A DNA stretch of 42,369 nucleotides from a virus. The position numbers and the translations under genes were made by a program. Shown here one piece after another: positions 1-8,549 of the stretch; position 1 is the first letter of the stretch; each line of letters opens with the position of its first letter. The notes under the pieces are model-generated. The model ran no database searches. It was not told the origin of the DNA and saw only the letters and a list, made by a program, of their open reading frames with translations. Location of the stretch: the IMG/VR virus record IMGVR_UViG_3300045988_054763. One strand, given 5' to 3'.

Positions 1-75
1 AAGCACTATGAGTTTTGCATCGGCGGCGGGGAGTTTGATCCCGCGGATGGGCTATGGAAACCCAACGAAAAGGGA
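1..75. repeat. Terminal direct repeat, left copy (identical to 42295-42369)
   Basis: Exact 75-nt identity read directly from the sequence (aagcactatgag...cgaaaaggga). Confidence 0.95.
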
Positions 76-120
76 CTTGGCTACGGTCGGGTTCTGGATT
101 ACATCGGAGTGAGGTATTGA
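1..120 (+). CDS. 3' end of PAPS-reductase-like gene exon 2 (continues from 42220-42369 through the circular junction)
   Basis: Frame 1 is open from base 1 (KHYEFCIGGGEFDPADGLWKPNEKGLGYGRVLDYIGVRY*) to TGA at 118-120. Bases 1-75 duplicate 42295-42369 in the same frame. Confidence 0.75.
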   Translation, partial: KHYEFCIGGGEFDPADGLWKPNEKGLGYGRVLDYIGVRY

Positions 121-121
121 G

Positions 122-436
122 ATGAATGGAGGAATTATGAGAGATACAAACCTCGTAAATGCGCTTAGATGCACTTCAACAGAAGACGGGCCAATGGGCG
201 ACTGCAAGAAATGTCCGTTTTACAAAACGGAGCCGGTCCCGGAAGATCTGGTGGGAAAAGTCAATTTGACAGAGTGGTTTTCCTGCGATGTTGACGCGGT
301 GGGGCTTGCCGCAGCCGACCGGATTGAAGCGCAGGCGAAAGAAATTGACGCCCTGCGGAACGAACTGTGCCTGAAATGCGAAAACTACACGCTGGCCCAT
401 GAGGGGGCCTGTAACGGATGTCGGTGGAGGAGGTAA
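122..436 (+). CDS. Hypothetical Cys-rich small protein
   Basis: ORF of 104 aa with CxxC pairs. The start lies 1 nt after the upstream stop (tgagATG). Confidence 0.6.
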   Translation: MNGGIMRDTNLVNALRCTSTEDGPMGDCKKCPFYKTEPVPEDLVGKVNLTEWFSCDVDAVGLAAADRIEAQAKEIDALRNELCLKCENYTLAHEGACNGCRWRR

Positions 437-440
437 GAAG

Positions 441-785
441 ATGGAAGCGTTAGAATTTTTGAAAGAAAGAAAAAGGATGTGTCGTTCTTTTGGTGGATCG
501 TGCGAGGGCTGCCCGCTTGAAGGGACTAAATGCGTCGTCAGCAGCATCGTACCTGATGAAGATTACAAGAGAATCATCGCTACCGTCGAGCAGTGGTCCA
601 AGGAGCACCCGCGCAAGACGCGGCAGAGCGTGTTTCTGGAGCAGTGGCCTAACTGTATGATGGACGATGACGACGTTGTCGGAATGTGCCCAAGAAATGT
701 TGACAAAATGTATGTCTGCAATTTAAGCCGATTTGGTGGGTGCACAGACTGCCGCCGCGAGTTCTGGATGCAGGAGGCGGAGTAA
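441..785 (+). CDS. Hypothetical Cys-rich protein
   Basis: ATG at 441 preceded by ggaggaggtaag. Several Cys clusters. Confidence 0.6.
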   Translation: MEALEFLKERKRMCRSFGGSCEGCPLEGTKCVVSSIVPDEDYKRIIATVEQWSKEHPRKTRQSVFLEQWPNCMMDDDDVVGMCPRNVDKMYVCNLSRFGGCTDCRREFWMQEAE

Positions 786-792
786 TGTGGCA

Positions 793-1110
793 ATGAAGAT
801 AGGATATATTAGAAAATACAGCGACCCTTGTGATACTAAACGCAACAGCTTTCGTTTCGTCGAATGTTCTTGCACACGTCGAATTTCCAGCAAAAGTGAC
901 AGAGTTTATTCAAAACAATTTATGCCCCTTGATTACGAGGAAATCGTGGAAAACGCGAACTTTATGCGCAACAATCCGCAGCTCATCCTCGTGCAGGAGC
1001 TGTTCTTACTGGACGGCGAGCTGCGCAAAAAAGCGACTATGTGGGTCGAGTGGGCTAACAAGGCAGACCCAAGTGAGTACGACCTGCTTGCAAAGCTGGA
1101 GGTGGAGTGA
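793..1110 (+). CDS. Hypothetical protein
   Basis: ORF with an internal ATG at 793 just after the upstream stop. Tightly packed in the operon. Confidence 0.5.
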   Translation: MKIGYIRKYSDPCDTKRNSFRFVECSCTRRISSKSDRVYSKQFMPLDYEEIVENANFMRNNPQLILVQELFLLDGELRKKATMWVEWANKADPSEYDLLAKLEVE

Positions 1111-1583
1111 TGGAACGACTGACGTACCGCGATAAAGAAGGATTCCCGATGATGAAAAAACGTGGTGGATTCAAACAGGGAGGCGTTGAGCGCCTCGCCG
1201 CCTACGAGGACACGGGGCGGACGCCGGAAGAAGTAACCGCGTTGGGAAACCTGTTTGATTATGTGCTGGAAGAATCGAAAACGCTGACGGGGCAGCTTGC
1301 ATTGCTCAATCGCATTCGCGAGCTGGCCAAGGCAGACAAGGACGGGCGCGTGGTGGTGCTGCCGTGCAAGGTGGGCCAGCGGGTATTCGCCTTACTGGAC
1401 ACGGACAAGCATCTAAGCGAGTGCGAGGTTAAGCAGATCGGATTGGGTAATGAGATTGGCTTTGTTGGCATCGAGCCAATAGGCGCTCGCGGACGGGAAT
1501 ACGGAGTATCGATAAAGGGCTTCGGCAAGACCGTATTCCTCACCCGCGAGGAGGCGGAGAAAGCATTGGGGGGCATGAAATGA
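1107..1583 (+). CDS. Hypothetical protein
   Basis: ORF of 158 aa whose start overlaps the upstream stop (ATGA-type overlap). Confidence 0.6.
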   Translation: MMERLTYRDKEGFPMMKKRGGFKQGGVERLAAYEDTGRTPEEVTALGNLFDYVLEESKTLTGQLALLNRIRELAKADKDGRVVVLPCKVGQRVFALLDTDKHLSECEVKQIGLGNEIGFVGIEPIGARGREYGVSIKGFGKTVFLTREEAEKALGGMK

Positions 1584-1750
1584 GCCGGCTATGGAATTGG
1601 TGCGCATTCTGCGGAAAGCGCATCGAAACGGGCGAAAAGCGCTACGGCTTGCCAAACGGAGAGAGCGTATGCACAGATTGCTGTGTTGAAGAAAACGAGG
1701 GCGCGGATGTATCCAACGGGGAGGAAAAACAGGAGGACGACAATGGCTGA
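1580..1750 (+). CDS. Small zinc-ribbon-like protein (56 aa, below the ORF-track cutoff)
   Basis: Hand-translated as MSRLWNWCAFCGKRIETGEKRYGLPNGESVCTDCCVEE... Start and stop overlap the neighbouring genes. Confidence 0.5.
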   Translation: MSRLWNWCAFCGKRIETGEKRYGLPNGESVCTDCCVEENEGADVSNGEEKQEDDNG

Positions 1751-1967
1751 ATACAAAATCTGCTTTAGCGTGGCTGGGGCGTTCGGCGCTCAAATCAGCT
1801 TTGAGGCAAAACCAGGCGTATCCTATGAAGACGCTGCGGCGTCTATTGACAAGGAAAAGCTGGTCCGGTTGATGTGCCTCGACACCTTGGGCTACTCCGC
1901 AAAGGACATTGAGGCTATCACTCCTGAACAGTACGAAGCGGAATTTGGAGGGGATGAAGATGGCTGA
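1743..1967 (+). CDS. Hypothetical protein
   Basis: ATG at 1743 after aggaggacgac (MAEYKICFS...). Confidence 0.55.
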   Translation: MAEYKICFSVAGAFGAQISFEAKPGVSYEDAAASIDKEKLVRLMCLDTLGYSAKDIEAITPEQYEAEFGGDEDG

Positions 1968-2226
1968 ATACATTGACCGGGAAGCGTTTAAGAAAAGCGT
2001 TGAGGAGCGTTATTGCAAGCCGTGCAAGGCGGAGGGGAAAGACCACAACGGATGCTGGTGCCGTGCCTGTTGGGTCGACGATATGCTCGATGAGGTAGGG
2101 TGTTTCCAGCCCTCTGATGTTGACCCGGTGACGCGGTGCAAGGACTGCGCGCATTACGACGGCGCTCGCAGGCATTACGAGACAAGCTATCGCGTGCTTG
2201 CCTGTCCGCAGTACGAGGTGGGATGA
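1960..2226 (+). CDS. Hypothetical Cys-rich protein
   Basis: ATG at 1960 after ggagggg. CKPC, CWCRAC and CKDC motifs. Confidence 0.55.
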   Translation: MAEYIDREAFKKSVEERYCKPCKAEGKDHNGCWCRACWVDDMLDEVGCFQPSDVDPVTRCKDCAHYDGARRHYETSYRVLACPQYEVG

Positions 2227-2227
2227 C

Positions 2228-2416
2228 ATGAGCTGCTTTAACTGTCAAGAGCGGCACGTCGGCTGTCATTCGACCTGTGAGCGATACGCTGCGTGGCTGC
2301 GAGAAAAGAAAGAGGCAAAAAGCAACGAAACGGCCAGCATAGTCGAAGAAAGCGCGATGATCAATTACATTCAGAGGTCAAAAGACCGATACAAACGGAG
2401 GGTGGGGAGAAAATGA
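2228..2416 (+). CDS. Hypothetical Cys-rich protein
   Basis: MSCFNCQERHVGCHSTCERYAAW... The start is adjacent to the upstream stop. Confidence 0.55.
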   Translation: MSCFNCQERHVGCHSTCERYAAWLREKKEAKSNETASIVEESAMINYIQRSKDRYKRRVGRK

Positions 2417-2628
2417 TTGAATTTCCCTATTGCGTCTATCCGGCGCTGAAGAAGGTTTTCTGCGAGAGGCAGTACACGCGCCGCCAGCTTGCCGATGCGG
2501 CAGGCATTTCCAAAAGCAATGTCTGGTGGTGGCTGTCGGGCAACAATCAGCACACCATCGACGTGATCAAAGGCATCCTCAGAGAGAGCGGCCTGACGTT
2601 CGAGGAAGCGTTTGGAGGTGCAAAATGA
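2413..2628 (+). CDS. Small helix-turn-helix protein
   Basis: YTRRQLADAAGISKSNVWWWLSG resembles an HTH. ATG after ggagggtgggg. Confidence 0.55.
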   Translation: MIEFPYCVYPALKKVFCERQYTRRQLADAAGISKSNVWWWLSGNNQHTIDVIKGILRESGLTFEEAFGGAK

Positions 2629-2735
2629 CAACGGGAATTTATGACGAACTGATTTACAGGAAACTGGATAGCATTGAATCTTTGCTAATCGAGATTTTGG
2701 CACAGATGAAGGAGAACGCACATGGCGGTCAGTAA
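2625..2735 (+). CDS. Possible 36-aa protein
   Basis: MTTGIYDELIYRKLDSIESLLIEILAQMKENAHGGQ*, with an ATGA overlap to the upstream gene. Confidence 0.35.
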   Translation: MTTGIYDELIYRKLDSIESLLIEILAQMKENAHGGQ

Positions 2736-2871
2736 GCAGGAACGTGAGATCGTGTACCAGAAATACAGCGGACGCTGTGCGTACTGCGGGCGCTCATGGT
2801 GGATGGCAAGGAGATCAAAGAGAGTTTCCGACCGGAGGAGGTGCTGGCATGAAATGCGAGTTATACCATGA
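2722..2871 (+). CDS. Possible small protein with an HNH-like N-terminal signature (remnant?)
   Basis: MAVSKQEREIVYQKYSGRCAYCGR... and then low-quality sequence. It overlaps the methyltransferase start by 23 nt. Confidence 0.3.
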   Translation: MAVSKQEREIVYQKYSGRCAYCGRSWWMARRSKRVSDRRRCWHEMRVIP

Positions 2872-3649
2872 CAATTTTCAGAATTTTAAGCGATACAATA
2901 TTCCAAAAGCGCAGCTTGTAATTGCGGATATCCCCTATAACATCGGCGTGGACGCCTATGCAAGCAATCCGATGTGGTACAACGGCGGAGATAACAAAAA
3001 CGGAGAAAGCAATCTTGCAAAGCAGAGTTTTTTCCACACGGACGGAACATTCAAAATTGCGGAGTATATGCACTTCTGTAATCGTATGCTGCGCAAGGAA
3101 CCGAAGGAAAAGGGGAAGGCTCCGGCAATGATCGTGTTTTGCGCGTTTGAGCAGATGCAGACCGTGATCGAATACGGAAAGCGCTACGGGTTCATGAAAA
3201 GCTATCCGCTGTTCTTCTGCAAAAACTATTCCGCACAAGTGCTTAAAGCCAACATGAAAATAGTAGGCGCAACGGAATTTGCGGTCGTCCTCTACCGGGA
3301 CAAGTTGCCGAAATTCCGTAACGTTGGTTCGGATGGTGAGCGGCACATGGTATTTGATTGGTTCGCGTGGGAGAGGGACAAACGCAGTCAATATCCAAAG
3401 GTGCATCCGACACAAAAGCCGGTTGCGGTATTGAAAAAGCTGATCTCCGTGTTTACAGACCCCGACGATGTTGTGATCGACCCGTGCGCGGGAAGCGGCT
3501 CTACGCTTCGCGCAGCTTATGAGATGGGGCGTAACGCCTATGGGTTTGAGGTGGACAAGGGGTTTTACGAGGCAGCGAAAGAAAAGATGCTTGCTCCCTT
3601 GTTTGCGAAGCCTGAATTTGAGCAGATCGGAATGGGGGATGTGGTATGA
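2849..3649 (+). CDS. DNA methyltransferase, N6-adenine/N4-cytosine, beta-class motif order
   Basis: Catalytic motif ADIPYNIG (DPPY-like) lies upstream of the AdoMet motif VIDPCAGSGSTLRAA. ATG follows ggaggaggtg. Confidence 0.8.
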   Translation: MKCELYHDNFQNFKRYNIPKAQLVIADIPYNIGVDAYASNPMWYNGGDNKNGESNLAKQSFFHTDGTFKIAEYMHFCNRMLRKEPKEKGKAPAMIVFCAFEQMQTVIEYGKRYGFMKSYPLFFCKNYSAQVLKANMKIVGATEFAVVLYRDKLPKFRNVGSDGERHMVFDWFAWERDKRSQYPKVHPTQKPVAVLKKLISVFTDPDDVVIDPCAGSGSTLRAAYEMGRNAYGFEVDKGFYEAAKEKMLAPLFAKPEFEQIGMGDVV

Positions 3650-3885
3650 GCGCGTTTCCCGAGCGCTTGAAGCGATTACGGGAGAGAAAGAGAATAAAGC
3701 AATATGTCCTATCTGAACTGTGCGGGCTGCACCGTGACGCGGTGAGGCGGTACGAGGCGGGGGAGGCTACGCCCACAACGGACGCATTGGAAAGCATCGC
3801 CGACAAGTTCGGGGTGTCGGTCGATTATCTGCTCGGACGGACGGATAATCCGATGACCGTGGACGATTATCTAAAAAAATTTTGA
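3646..3885 (+). CDS. XRE-family HTH transcriptional regulator
   Basis: FPERLKRLRERKRIKQYVLSELCGLHRDAVRRYEAGEATPTTDALESIADKFGVSVDYLLGRTD is a classic HTH_3 pattern. Confidence 0.8.
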   Translation: MSAFPERLKRLRERKRIKQYVLSELCGLHRDAVRRYEAGEATPTTDALESIADKFGVSVDYLLGRTDNPMTVDDYLKKF

Positions 3886-3931
3886 AAATTCCCCTTTTAA
3901 GGGGAAAAATAAGAAAAACCTATGCAAAAAT

Positions 3932-3972
3932 AGAGGCGTGATGGGGCGAGGCTCTTCACGCCTCTGCTTTTT
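3932..3972 (+). terminator. Intrinsic terminator of the early operon
   Basis: A 10-bp perfect stem (agaggcgtga / tcacgcctct) followed by gcttttt. Confidence 0.75.
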
Positions 3973-4538
3973 CATCTGTTTCCTCCTCCCTTGATAGCCC
4001 GCCCTTCGGGGCGGGCGGTTGAGGGCAAAAATGACAGGACTTCCCGCACCTCTCAACGATGTGGTCCAGGGGAGACATATACGGGCAAATGTACCAAGGT
4101 GGCGACGCGGTCTCCAAAACCGTGTGCGGTGGGTTCGATTCCCAACTGTCCGTGCCAGAGGCCGGGTAGCTCCCGGATGATGTGAGAGTACGCAGAACGC
4201 CTCACAGAGAATGACAATGCCTGCTGAAAACTGCGCGTGGGGATGCGTCCTCCTTGCCGTTACTGATGAAAGCGCTTGAAATGCTTGCGGGGCCTCAAGC
4301 GGGCATGAGCGTGTGACAATCTAAGCGGGAACTGCACATACGCGGCGTGCAGAAGCAGAAGCGAAAGCAATGGCTATAGGCAACATTGCGGACGTGTGGC
4401 GGCTCAATACCGCCTCGCCGCTCCAAGCGGTTTAGATGGAAGATCTATTCTGAGCATCAAGTGTATGCCCTTCGGGGCGGGTAAAGTCTGCTATGTAAGG
4501 CCAAGGGGCGGGGGCTGGTAGCAAATAGGGCGGGGCAT
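3973..4538 (+). ncRNA. Candidate large structured non-coding RNA region (ORF-free, hairpin-dense)
   Basis: No credible ORF on either strand. Many local hairpins, for example cccgccc-ttcg-gggcggg, ctgcac..gtgcag, gcaatg..cattgc and ggcgg..ccgcc. Confidence 0.35.
4081..4157 (+). tRNA. tRNA-like element, possibly a degenerate tRNA-Trp(CCA)
   Basis: It has a 7-bp acceptor stem (acgggca/tgtccgt), an anticodon arm gcggt-CTCCAAA-accgt, a T-loop GGTTCGATTCC and an encoded CCA, 77 nt in all. However, no D-stem can be drawn and the T-stem has an extra base. Confidence 0.3.
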
Positions 4539-5063
4539 ATGGCGTATGCAAACATTGAAGATCGACGGGCATATCACCGGGAATATATGCGCGAACGCCG
4601 AGAATGGTTTGCCGCGCATCACGTTTGTACAGAGTGCGGGAAAGAAGATGCCTATACAATGGTGGGAAAGCGCCATTGTGCCGAATGCCTCGAAAAAAGA
4701 CGTGGGCACCCACTCGAAATAAACCCCAATATGGGGCCAAAGAAAAGAACCTGGCAAAAACATTCTGTCCCTAAAAACCAATACTACGAAAACGGCCTAT
4801 GCGCCATTTGCGGGCAACATCCATATATCGAAGGGCATAGAACTTGCCAAGGCTGCTACGACAATGCGTGTAAAGCAGCGTGGCTTGGGAGAAAAGCTAA
4901 AGGCCCGCGCCATATTTATCCACCCACATCTGACACGCCAAAAGCCATTGCTGCTTATCAATACTGCGTACAGCACCGGCAAGAATACATCAAAAGATGG
5001 GAAGCAGAGTATGCCTGTGAATACGAAGAACGAGCCTCTAATCAAGAGCAAAGAACGGGTTAA
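4539..5063 (+). CDS. Hypothetical protein with two zinc-ribbon-like Cys4 clusters
   Basis: CTECG..CAEC and CAICG..CQGC pairs. It is the first gene after the non-coding region. Confidence 0.6.
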   Translation: MAYANIEDRRAYHREYMRERREWFAAHHVCTECGKEDAYTMVGKRHCAECLEKRRGHPLEINPNMGPKKRTWQKHSVPKNQYYENGLCAICGQHPYIEGHRTCQGCYDNACKAAWLGRKAKGPRHIYPPTSDTPKAIAAYQYCVQHRQEYIKRWEAEYACEYEERASNQEQRTG

Positions 5064-5436
5064 GAAGTTTGCCGAAGTGTTTACACCGGCGTGGCTGGTG
5101 AAAAAGATGTGCGATATGCTGGACGAGGAAAACGGCGGACACGCTTTCGACATTGAGAAAACCTTTTTGGAGCCGTGCGGGGGGACAGGCAACTTTGCTG
5201 TTGAGATCATAGAGCGGAAATTAAAGAAATGCAAAACTGAGGAAGACGCATTTATCGCCGTTTCTTCGTATTACACCGTTGAAATTCAGCAGGATAATGT
5301 TGACGAGCTAAAGGAGCGCGTTAAAAATCTTGTTGCGTCATATTTCCCGAGCATTGACGTATCGGATATTTTAGACAGAAACGTGGCTTGCGGTGATTTT
5401 TTGCATCCAAAGGGTATTTGGTTTATGGAAAAATAA
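5011..5436 (+). CDS. Methyltransferase-like protein carrying only the AdoMet-binding half
   Basis: FAEVFTPAWLVKKMCDML and FLEPCGGTGNFAVEII resemble motifs X and I of gamma-class N6 methyltransferases. There is no NPPY/F catalytic motif, and the ORF ends after about 141 aa. Confidence 0.5.
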   Translation: MPVNTKNEPLIKSKERVKKFAEVFTPAWLVKKMCDMLDEENGGHAFDIEKTFLEPCGGTGNFAVEIIERKLKKCKTEEDAFIAVSSYYTVEIQQDNVDELKERVKNLVASYFPSIDVSDILDRNVACGDFLHPKGIWFMEK

Positions 5437-5466
5437 ATGTGCGAGGTGGCGAAAGGATGTGAGCGT

Positions 5467-5880
5467 ATGGCTGGCGGAGCGCCAAGGAAATGGAAAAGCG
5501 TAAGCGCGATGCAGAAAGCTATTGACGTTTACTTCAAAAAGTGCGAGGGCGAACCGTTTATCGGAGATGACGGCTGCGCTGTGCGAGATAAGTACGGGGT
5601 GCCGATCATCATCAACGCAAAGCCGCCGACAATCACGGGGCTTGCATTGGCACTTGGATTCACAGGGAGACAAGCCCTGCTGGATTATCAAGCAAGGCCG
5701 GAGTTCGCGGACACGGTTACGCGCGCGAAGTCCCGCTGTGAGGAATACGCCGAATCTCGGCTGTACGACAAAGATGGTGCGAACGGCGCGAAATTCTCGC
5801 TTGGCTGCAATTTCGGCTGGCGTGAAGTGAACGAGACAAAAATAAGCACGGATTCCGTCAAGGTGGTTATTGATGTCTAA
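5467..5880 (+). CDS. terS: Terminase small subunit
   Basis: MAGGAPRKWKS... N-terminus and PPTITGLALALGF HTH-like segment. It lies directly upstream of and overlaps terL. Confidence 0.7.
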   Translation: MAGGAPRKWKSVSAMQKAIDVYFKKCEGEPFIGDDGCAVRDKYGVPIIINAKPPTITGLALALGFTGRQALLDYQARPEFADTVTRAKSRCEEYAESRLYDKDGANGAKFSLGCNFGWREVNETKISTDSVKVVIDV

Positions 5881-7111
5881 CATTCGCCTGTCTGAAAAAA
5901 TCGGCTCTGCGTTCTACGACGTGGCGCATGACGTGTTCCACCACGGTCACACGCACTATGATTTCAGCGGTGGGCGCGGATCACTGAAGTCCTCCACGGT
6001 TTCTGTACTTGTTCCCCTTCTACTGATAAACAATCCGGGTACACATGCGCTCGTGCTGCGCAAGGTGGCAAACACGATCCGCGATAGCGTGTACGCGCAG
6101 TATATCTGGGCAATCGGTGAACTGGGCATGGCGGCGTATTGGGAAGCCAAGGTTTCCCCGATGGAGCTGATCTATAAGCCGACAGGACAGAAGATCATGT
6201 TTCGCGGCGCTGATGACCCGATGAAGATCAAGTCTATCAAGGTCCCATTTGGCTACATTGCCGTGACGCACTTTGAGGAAAAAGACCAGTTTGCCGGACG
6301 TGCAGAAATCCGAAACATTTTGCAGTCGACCATGCGCGGCGGATCGGTGTTCTGGAATTTTGAGAGCTATAACCCGCCTATTTCGCGTGACAACTGGGCG
6401 AACAAGGACAGTTTAGAGAAACGCGCCGACCGCCTGTGCCACAAGTCAACGTATCTGCAAGCGCCGCCTGAGTGGCTTGGGCAGCAGTTTATCGACGAAG
6501 CGGAACACCTGAAAGAAACAGATGAGCGCGCATATCAGCACGAATATCTCGGTATCCCGGTTGGCACCGGCGGGAACGTGTTTGACAAACTGGAACTGCG
6601 GGAGATTACCGATGAAGAAGTCAAGAGTTTCGACCGCATCTATCAGGGGGTGGACTTTGGCTGGTTCCCAGACCCGTTTGCTTTTATCCGGCTGCATTAT
6701 GATCGGGCGCGAGAGACCATCTATCTGCTGGACGAGATTTACCAAAACAAATTATCCAACGAGCAAAGCGCGACCATGATTAAGCAGCGCGGATATAACA
6801 ACATTAGGACGATCTGCGACAGCGCCGAGCCGAAAAGCGTTGCTGACCTTCGCGCAATGGGGCTACCTGCGTATGAAGCGGTCAAAGGCCCCGGCTCTGT
6901 GGAATATGGCATGAAGTTTTTGCAGCGGAGAACGATTGTTATTGATAGGCGACGCACACCGCACGCTTACAATGAGTTTGTGGGATACGAATACGAAAGA
7001 AACAAAGACGGCGACATTATTAGCGGCTACCCTGACGCGAACAACCACCTGATTGACGCGACGAGATATGCGTTAGAGCCTGTCAGCCGCAGAATGGGAG
7101 TTATTGCATGA
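5873..7111 (+). CDS. terL: Terminase large subunit (PBSX-like family)
   Basis: Walker-A-like GGRGSLKSS, a nuclease-half pattern (DSAEPKS...NNHLIDATRYAL), and the expected size and position. Confidence 0.85.
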   Translation: MSNIRLSEKIGSAFYDVAHDVFHHGHTHYDFSGGRGSLKSSTVSVLVPLLLINNPGTHALVLRKVANTIRDSVYAQYIWAIGELGMAAYWEAKVSPMELIYKPTGQKIMFRGADDPMKIKSIKVPFGYIAVTHFEEKDQFAGRAEIRNILQSTMRGGSVFWNFESYNPPISRDNWANKDSLEKRADRLCHKSTYLQAPPEWLGQQFIDEAEHLKETDERAYQHEYLGIPVGTGGNVFDKLELREITDEEVKSFDRIYQGVDFGWFPDPFAFIRLHYDRARETIYLLDEIYQNKLSNEQSATMIKQRGYNNIRTICDSAEPKSVADLRAMGLPAYEAVKGPGSVEYGMKFLQRRTIVIDRRRTPHAYNEFVGYEYERNKDGDIISGYPDANNHLIDATRYALEPVSRRMGVIA

Positions 7112-8538
7112 GCAGTGCAGTTATCCAAAAGTTAAAAGAACTTGGCTATACGACAATCCCGGAAGAGTTTTACAGCCAAGTTGACCTCTGGAAGTCCTGG
7201 TATGTTGGGAAAGTAAAGGATTTTCATCAATACCGGCGATATAACGGGCATAAGTGGACAAAGTGCAACCGTGCAAGCCTCGGTATGGCGAAAAAGGTTT
7301 GTGAGGACTGTGCAAACCTCTTGATGAATGAGAAAGTTCAGATCACGCTTGAAGGGCAGAAGGAACAGGAGTTTATTGACAGGGTTCTAACGGCGAACAA
7401 CTTCACGGTCAAGGCGAACGAAATGCAGGAAATGAAGTCAGCGCTCGGAACCGTGGCGTACATTCCGCGTGTGGTTGGGCAGACCGTCAACGAAAGCGGT
7501 GAAATCGTTCCAGGCGATGTTTCCGGTCTCGCTCTTGACTATGTGACCATTGAGCACATTTTCCCGCTGGCTTGGCAGAATGGCTTTATTACAGAGTGTG
7601 CTTTTGACAGCGTGGTCACACGGGCTGGAAAAAACTATCTGTATTTGCAGATTCACCGGAAAGACGAAAACGGACTTTACGCCATCGAGAATAGTATTTA
7701 CAGATACGAAAACAAGACGCTTGCCGACGCGCTGCTCACCGATGTTCCGGGCTTTGAGCGAATCCCCCCTGTGGTACATACGGGAAGCGACAAGAGGCAG
7801 TTCGTCATCGACAGACCGAACATCGCAAACAATCTTGACTACCTGCTTCCGGTTGGTATCCCTGTGTATGCAAATGCAATCGACGTTCTGCGCGGCGTTG
7901 ACTGTGCCTATGACTGCTACGTCAACGAGTTCGAAAACGGCCCGATGATGATGATGGTCAAAATTCCCGCCACAAGGTGGGAAGACGGTGAACCGACGCT
8001 TGATAACCATGACAGGCGTTTCTATCTGCTTCCAGAGGATACGCAGCAAGGAAACGTCGTAGAGACAATTTCTCCGACGCTGAGAACCGAGCAGCTGAAT
8101 GTAGGACTTCAAGACCAATTGAACGTACTGTCCAGCAAGTGCGGCTTCGGTGAGACCTATTACCGCTTTGACGGTGGCAGCGTTGCAACTGCCACACAGG
8201 TCATCAGCGAAAACTCTACAATGTTCCGCACGATTAAGAAGCATGAGATTGTGCTCGAGCAGGCGCTCGTGGAGCTGTGCCGCATTCTGCTTCGGCTGGG
8301 CAACACGGCCATGAACGCTGGGCTTAATGAGGATGTAGAAATCTCCATCGACTTTGATGACAGCATCATTGAGTCAAAAGACACGGACTTCCAGCGGGAT
8401 ATGCAAATGCTGAACGCCGGAATTATGAATGATTGGGAGTTCCGTATGCGCTGGTTTAACGAGGATGAGGAGACTGCAAAGGCGGCTTTGCCAAAGATGC
8501 AGGACATGACTACGGAGCAGCAGAACGAAGTGGAATGA
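7108..8538 (+). CDS. Portal protein (SPP1 gp6-like)
   Basis: 476 aa, immediately after terL with an overlapping start. Acidic C-terminus. Confidence 0.8.
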   Translation: MSSAVIQKLKELGYTTIPEEFYSQVDLWKSWYVGKVKDFHQYRRYNGHKWTKCNRASLGMAKKVCEDCANLLMNEKVQITLEGQKEQEFIDRVLTANNFTVKANEMQEMKSALGTVAYIPRVVGQTVNESGEIVPGDVSGLALDYVTIEHIFPLAWQNGFITECAFDSVVTRAGKNYLYLQIHRKDENGLYAIENSIYRYENKTLADALLTDVPGFERIPPVVHTGSDKRQFVIDRPNIANNLDYLLPVGIPVYANAIDVLRGVDCAYDCYVNEFENGPMMMMVKIPATRWEDGEPTLDNHDRRFYLLPEDTQQGNVVETISPTLRTEQLNVGLQDQLNVLSSKCGFGETYYRFDGGSVATATQVISENSTMFRTIKKHEIVLEQALVELCRILLRLGNTAMNAGLNEDVEISIDFDDSIIESKDTDFQRDMQMLNAGIMNDWEFRMRWFNEDEETAKAALPKMQDMTTEQQNEVE

Positions 8539-8549
8539 GGTGACGGGAA

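Noticed and set aside
2744-2848. An N-terminal extension of the methyltransferase ORF from GTG 2744.
   Set aside because: The extension is Gly/Arg-rich junk overlapping other frames. A strong RBS (ggaggaggtg) precedes ATG 2849.
3886-3915. A hairpin (ttcccc-ttttaa-ggggaa) right after the XRE gene, considered as a terminator.
   Set aside because: It has only 6 bp and no U-run on the + strand. The strong terminator at 3932-3972 is the likely functional one.
4081-4538. The idea that the T-arm and CCA element plus the downstream RNA is a permuted or two-piece tmRNA.
   Set aside because: The acceptor stem has no G3-U70 alanine identity pair and the discriminator base is G. I could find no tag reading frame or resume codon context.
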